The notes under the pieces were generated by a model that worked only from the letters and a program-made list of their open reading frames with translations, was not told the origin of the DNA and did not search any database. DNA of 63,952 nt, the filler included, from Bacteroidales bacterium (GTDB lineage: Bacteria; Bacteroidota; Bacteroidia; Bacteroidales; CAIWKO01): the NCBI GenBank assembly GCA_035389045.1. It is 3 parts of 3 records of this genome, joined end to end, with 100 filler letters (N's around TTAATTAATTAA, not from the genome) between each part and the next. Parts side by side here need not be neighbours in the genome. Positions count along the whole stretch, not along the records: positions 48,377 to 63,952 come from DAOORA010000085.1; 2 more parts are not named here. One strand, 5' to 3'. The translations under genes were made by a program, and so were the position numbers. Positions 62,587-63,952 of the stretch are shown here, piece after piece. The stretch's first letter is position 1, and each line of letters starts with the position of its first letter.

Positions 62587-63735
62587 TCAGCCGAACAATG
62601 TTTCCGGATAGCCATAACCATTGTATTCTTTTACCGAACTGATATAGGCGCCCGCAGGATAAACAAGAAAAAAATCACCTGCTTTGACAGTTTCCGGCAG
62701 CATCAGGTTTTCAGCAAAGATATCATGGCTGTCGCAGGTGGCCCCGGTGATACTATAAGGCTGTAATGGTAGTTCTGTTGCTGTTTTATAGGGATACACA
62801 AGCTGGTATTTCAGACCGCCCATGATCCATTGAAATCCCTGAAAAATACTGCTGTCGAGAAATATCCAGCGTTTTTTGCCCCGTTTGATGACAGCTGTAA
62901 CAGCGGTAAGCATCACAGCCGTGTTGGCCATGATGACAGAGCCGGGTTCGGCAGTGATTGTCATGCCGTGCTTTATCCTGAAAATCGCCAGTTGCGGCTT
63001 CATTTTTTTAGAAATATCGTTCAGCAGGGCATATTGGTCCACGCCATGGGCAGGAAACCCGCCGCCGATATTCAAAAAGTCAAGCCGGATGTCATTTTTG
63101 GCAAGCAGCGCAGTCACTCTTTCAGAGATACGTATTGCGGCAAGGTAAGCTTCAGGATAGGTGTTGTTCCACCCTACATGAAAAGAAATACCGCATGGCT
63201 TTAATCCGGCAGAAATAGCTGATTTCAATAAACTTAAAGCTTCCCGGGGCTTTGCACCGAATTTATGTTCGAGTTTCCATTCCGCACCCTTGTTGGGAAC
63301 GGCTATACGCAGATAAACATCAGAAGCAGGGGCACAGTGCCAAAGTTTTATCAGCTCGCTCTCTGAATCAACAACAAAGATGTTTACTCCGTATTCGTAT
63401 GCTTTGCGTATGTGCTCAGGGATTTTTACCGGGTTGCTGAATATAATTTTTTCAGGACTGACATGAATATTTTTCAGCAGTTCCAACTCTCCTGCAGAGG
63501 ATATTTCAAAACAAACTCCCTGTTCATTCAGAAAGGCCAGGACTGCCGTTTCGTGATTAACCTTGACTGGAAAATAGAGCTGTTGCGTCTTGATTTGCAA
63601 ACAATTAATAAAATAATGCAGATTGTAAGCAATCTGTTCTTTACTGCAGATAATGGCAGGCGTAACGACAGCCTTCCCCAGAACAGAGGTAATTTTTTTC
63701 TTGAGTTCGGTTGGGAAAGCTGATAGGTTGTACAT
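62587..63735 (-). CDS. fold-type III PLP-dependent decarboxylase (ornithine/lysine decarboxylase-like)
   Basis: FPVKVN (PLP lysine), KFG, SFHVG, NIGGGF, GATCDSHD, GAY. Confidence 0.88.
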   Translation of the reverse strand: MYNLSAFPTELKKKITSVLGKAVVTPAIICSKEQIAYNLHYFINCLQIKTQQLYFPVKVNHETAVLAFLNEQGVCFEISSAGELELLKNIHVSPEKIIFSNPVKIPEHIRKAYEYGVNIFVVDSESELIKLWHCAPASDVYLRIAVPNKGAEWKLEHKFGAKPREALSLLKSAISAGLKPCGISFHVGWNNTYPEAYLAAIRISERVTALLAKNDIRLDFLNIGGGFPAHGVDQYALLNDISKKMKPQLAIFRIKHGMTITAEPGSVIMANTAVMLTAVTAVIKRGKKRWIFLDSSIFQGFQWIMGGLKYQLVYPYKTATELPLQPYSITGATCDSHDIFAENLMLPETVKAGDFFLVYPAGAYISSVKEYNGYGYPETLFG

Positions 63736-63739
63736 TTTA

Positions 63740-63903
63740 TAAAAAAGTTAAAAAAGTTAAAAAAGTTAAATAAGTTGATTAAGTGAGAATGTGAGAGGGA
63801 GAAGGAAGACAGGAAATTCATATCGTCCGTTCTTCTTTCTTCATTCCTTTTTTCCTTCTTTCTTCCTTTGCACTTAATTTAACCGAATCAACCTATTTAA
63901 CTT
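63740..63903. repeat. nested low-complexity repeats upstream of the decarboxylase
   Basis: AAAAAGTTA x3, purine-rich tract, pyrimidine-rich tract, then TTTAAC units. Confidence 0.6.
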
Positions 63904-63952
63904 AGAAATTGTTTTGATTTTATCTTTTCATATCTTTATGCGTCTTTTTTGC

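Noticed and set aside
62353..62589. In-frame ORF with CPKC right after the decarboxylase TGA (readthrough or selenocysteine?)
   Set aside because: The decarboxylase is already full length, I see no SECIS-like hairpin, and the ORF overlaps the next gene.

Overview
Bacteroidota (probably Bacteroidales-like, anaerobic fermenter) genomic DNA, judged from TAnnTTTG promoters, PorZ and T9SS cargo, pta-ackA and two-subunit methylmalonyl-CoA mutase. The window is three contigs joined by artificial N-TTAATTAATTAA-N spacers (24461-24560, 48277-48376), so adjacency across those points is not real. Most of it is housekeeping (alaS, recO, polA, lysS, cdd, rnpA, yidD, hemD, pta, ackA, mutAB, lgt, surE, kdsC). 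Notable items: (i) a 147-bp MITE with a 6-bp target duplication that splits a RelE/ParE toxin gene, plus a shorter sister copy; (ii) a family of ACCC...GGGT palindromic elements at gene ends and at both breaks of the middle contig; (iii) two tandem T9SS-secreted putative cell-wall hydrolases with different catalytic heads on a shared ~402-aa module; (iv) two small secreted-protein islands each bracketed by long degenerate direct repeats, one of which duplicates the 5' end of an ECF sigma gene; (v) a candidate ~75-nt small RNA; (vi) an AT-rich array of small exported-protein genes. I saw no CRISPR array, tRNA/rRNA, transposase, integrase or reverse transcriptase. Product calls come from recognising motifs by eye, not from database searches.
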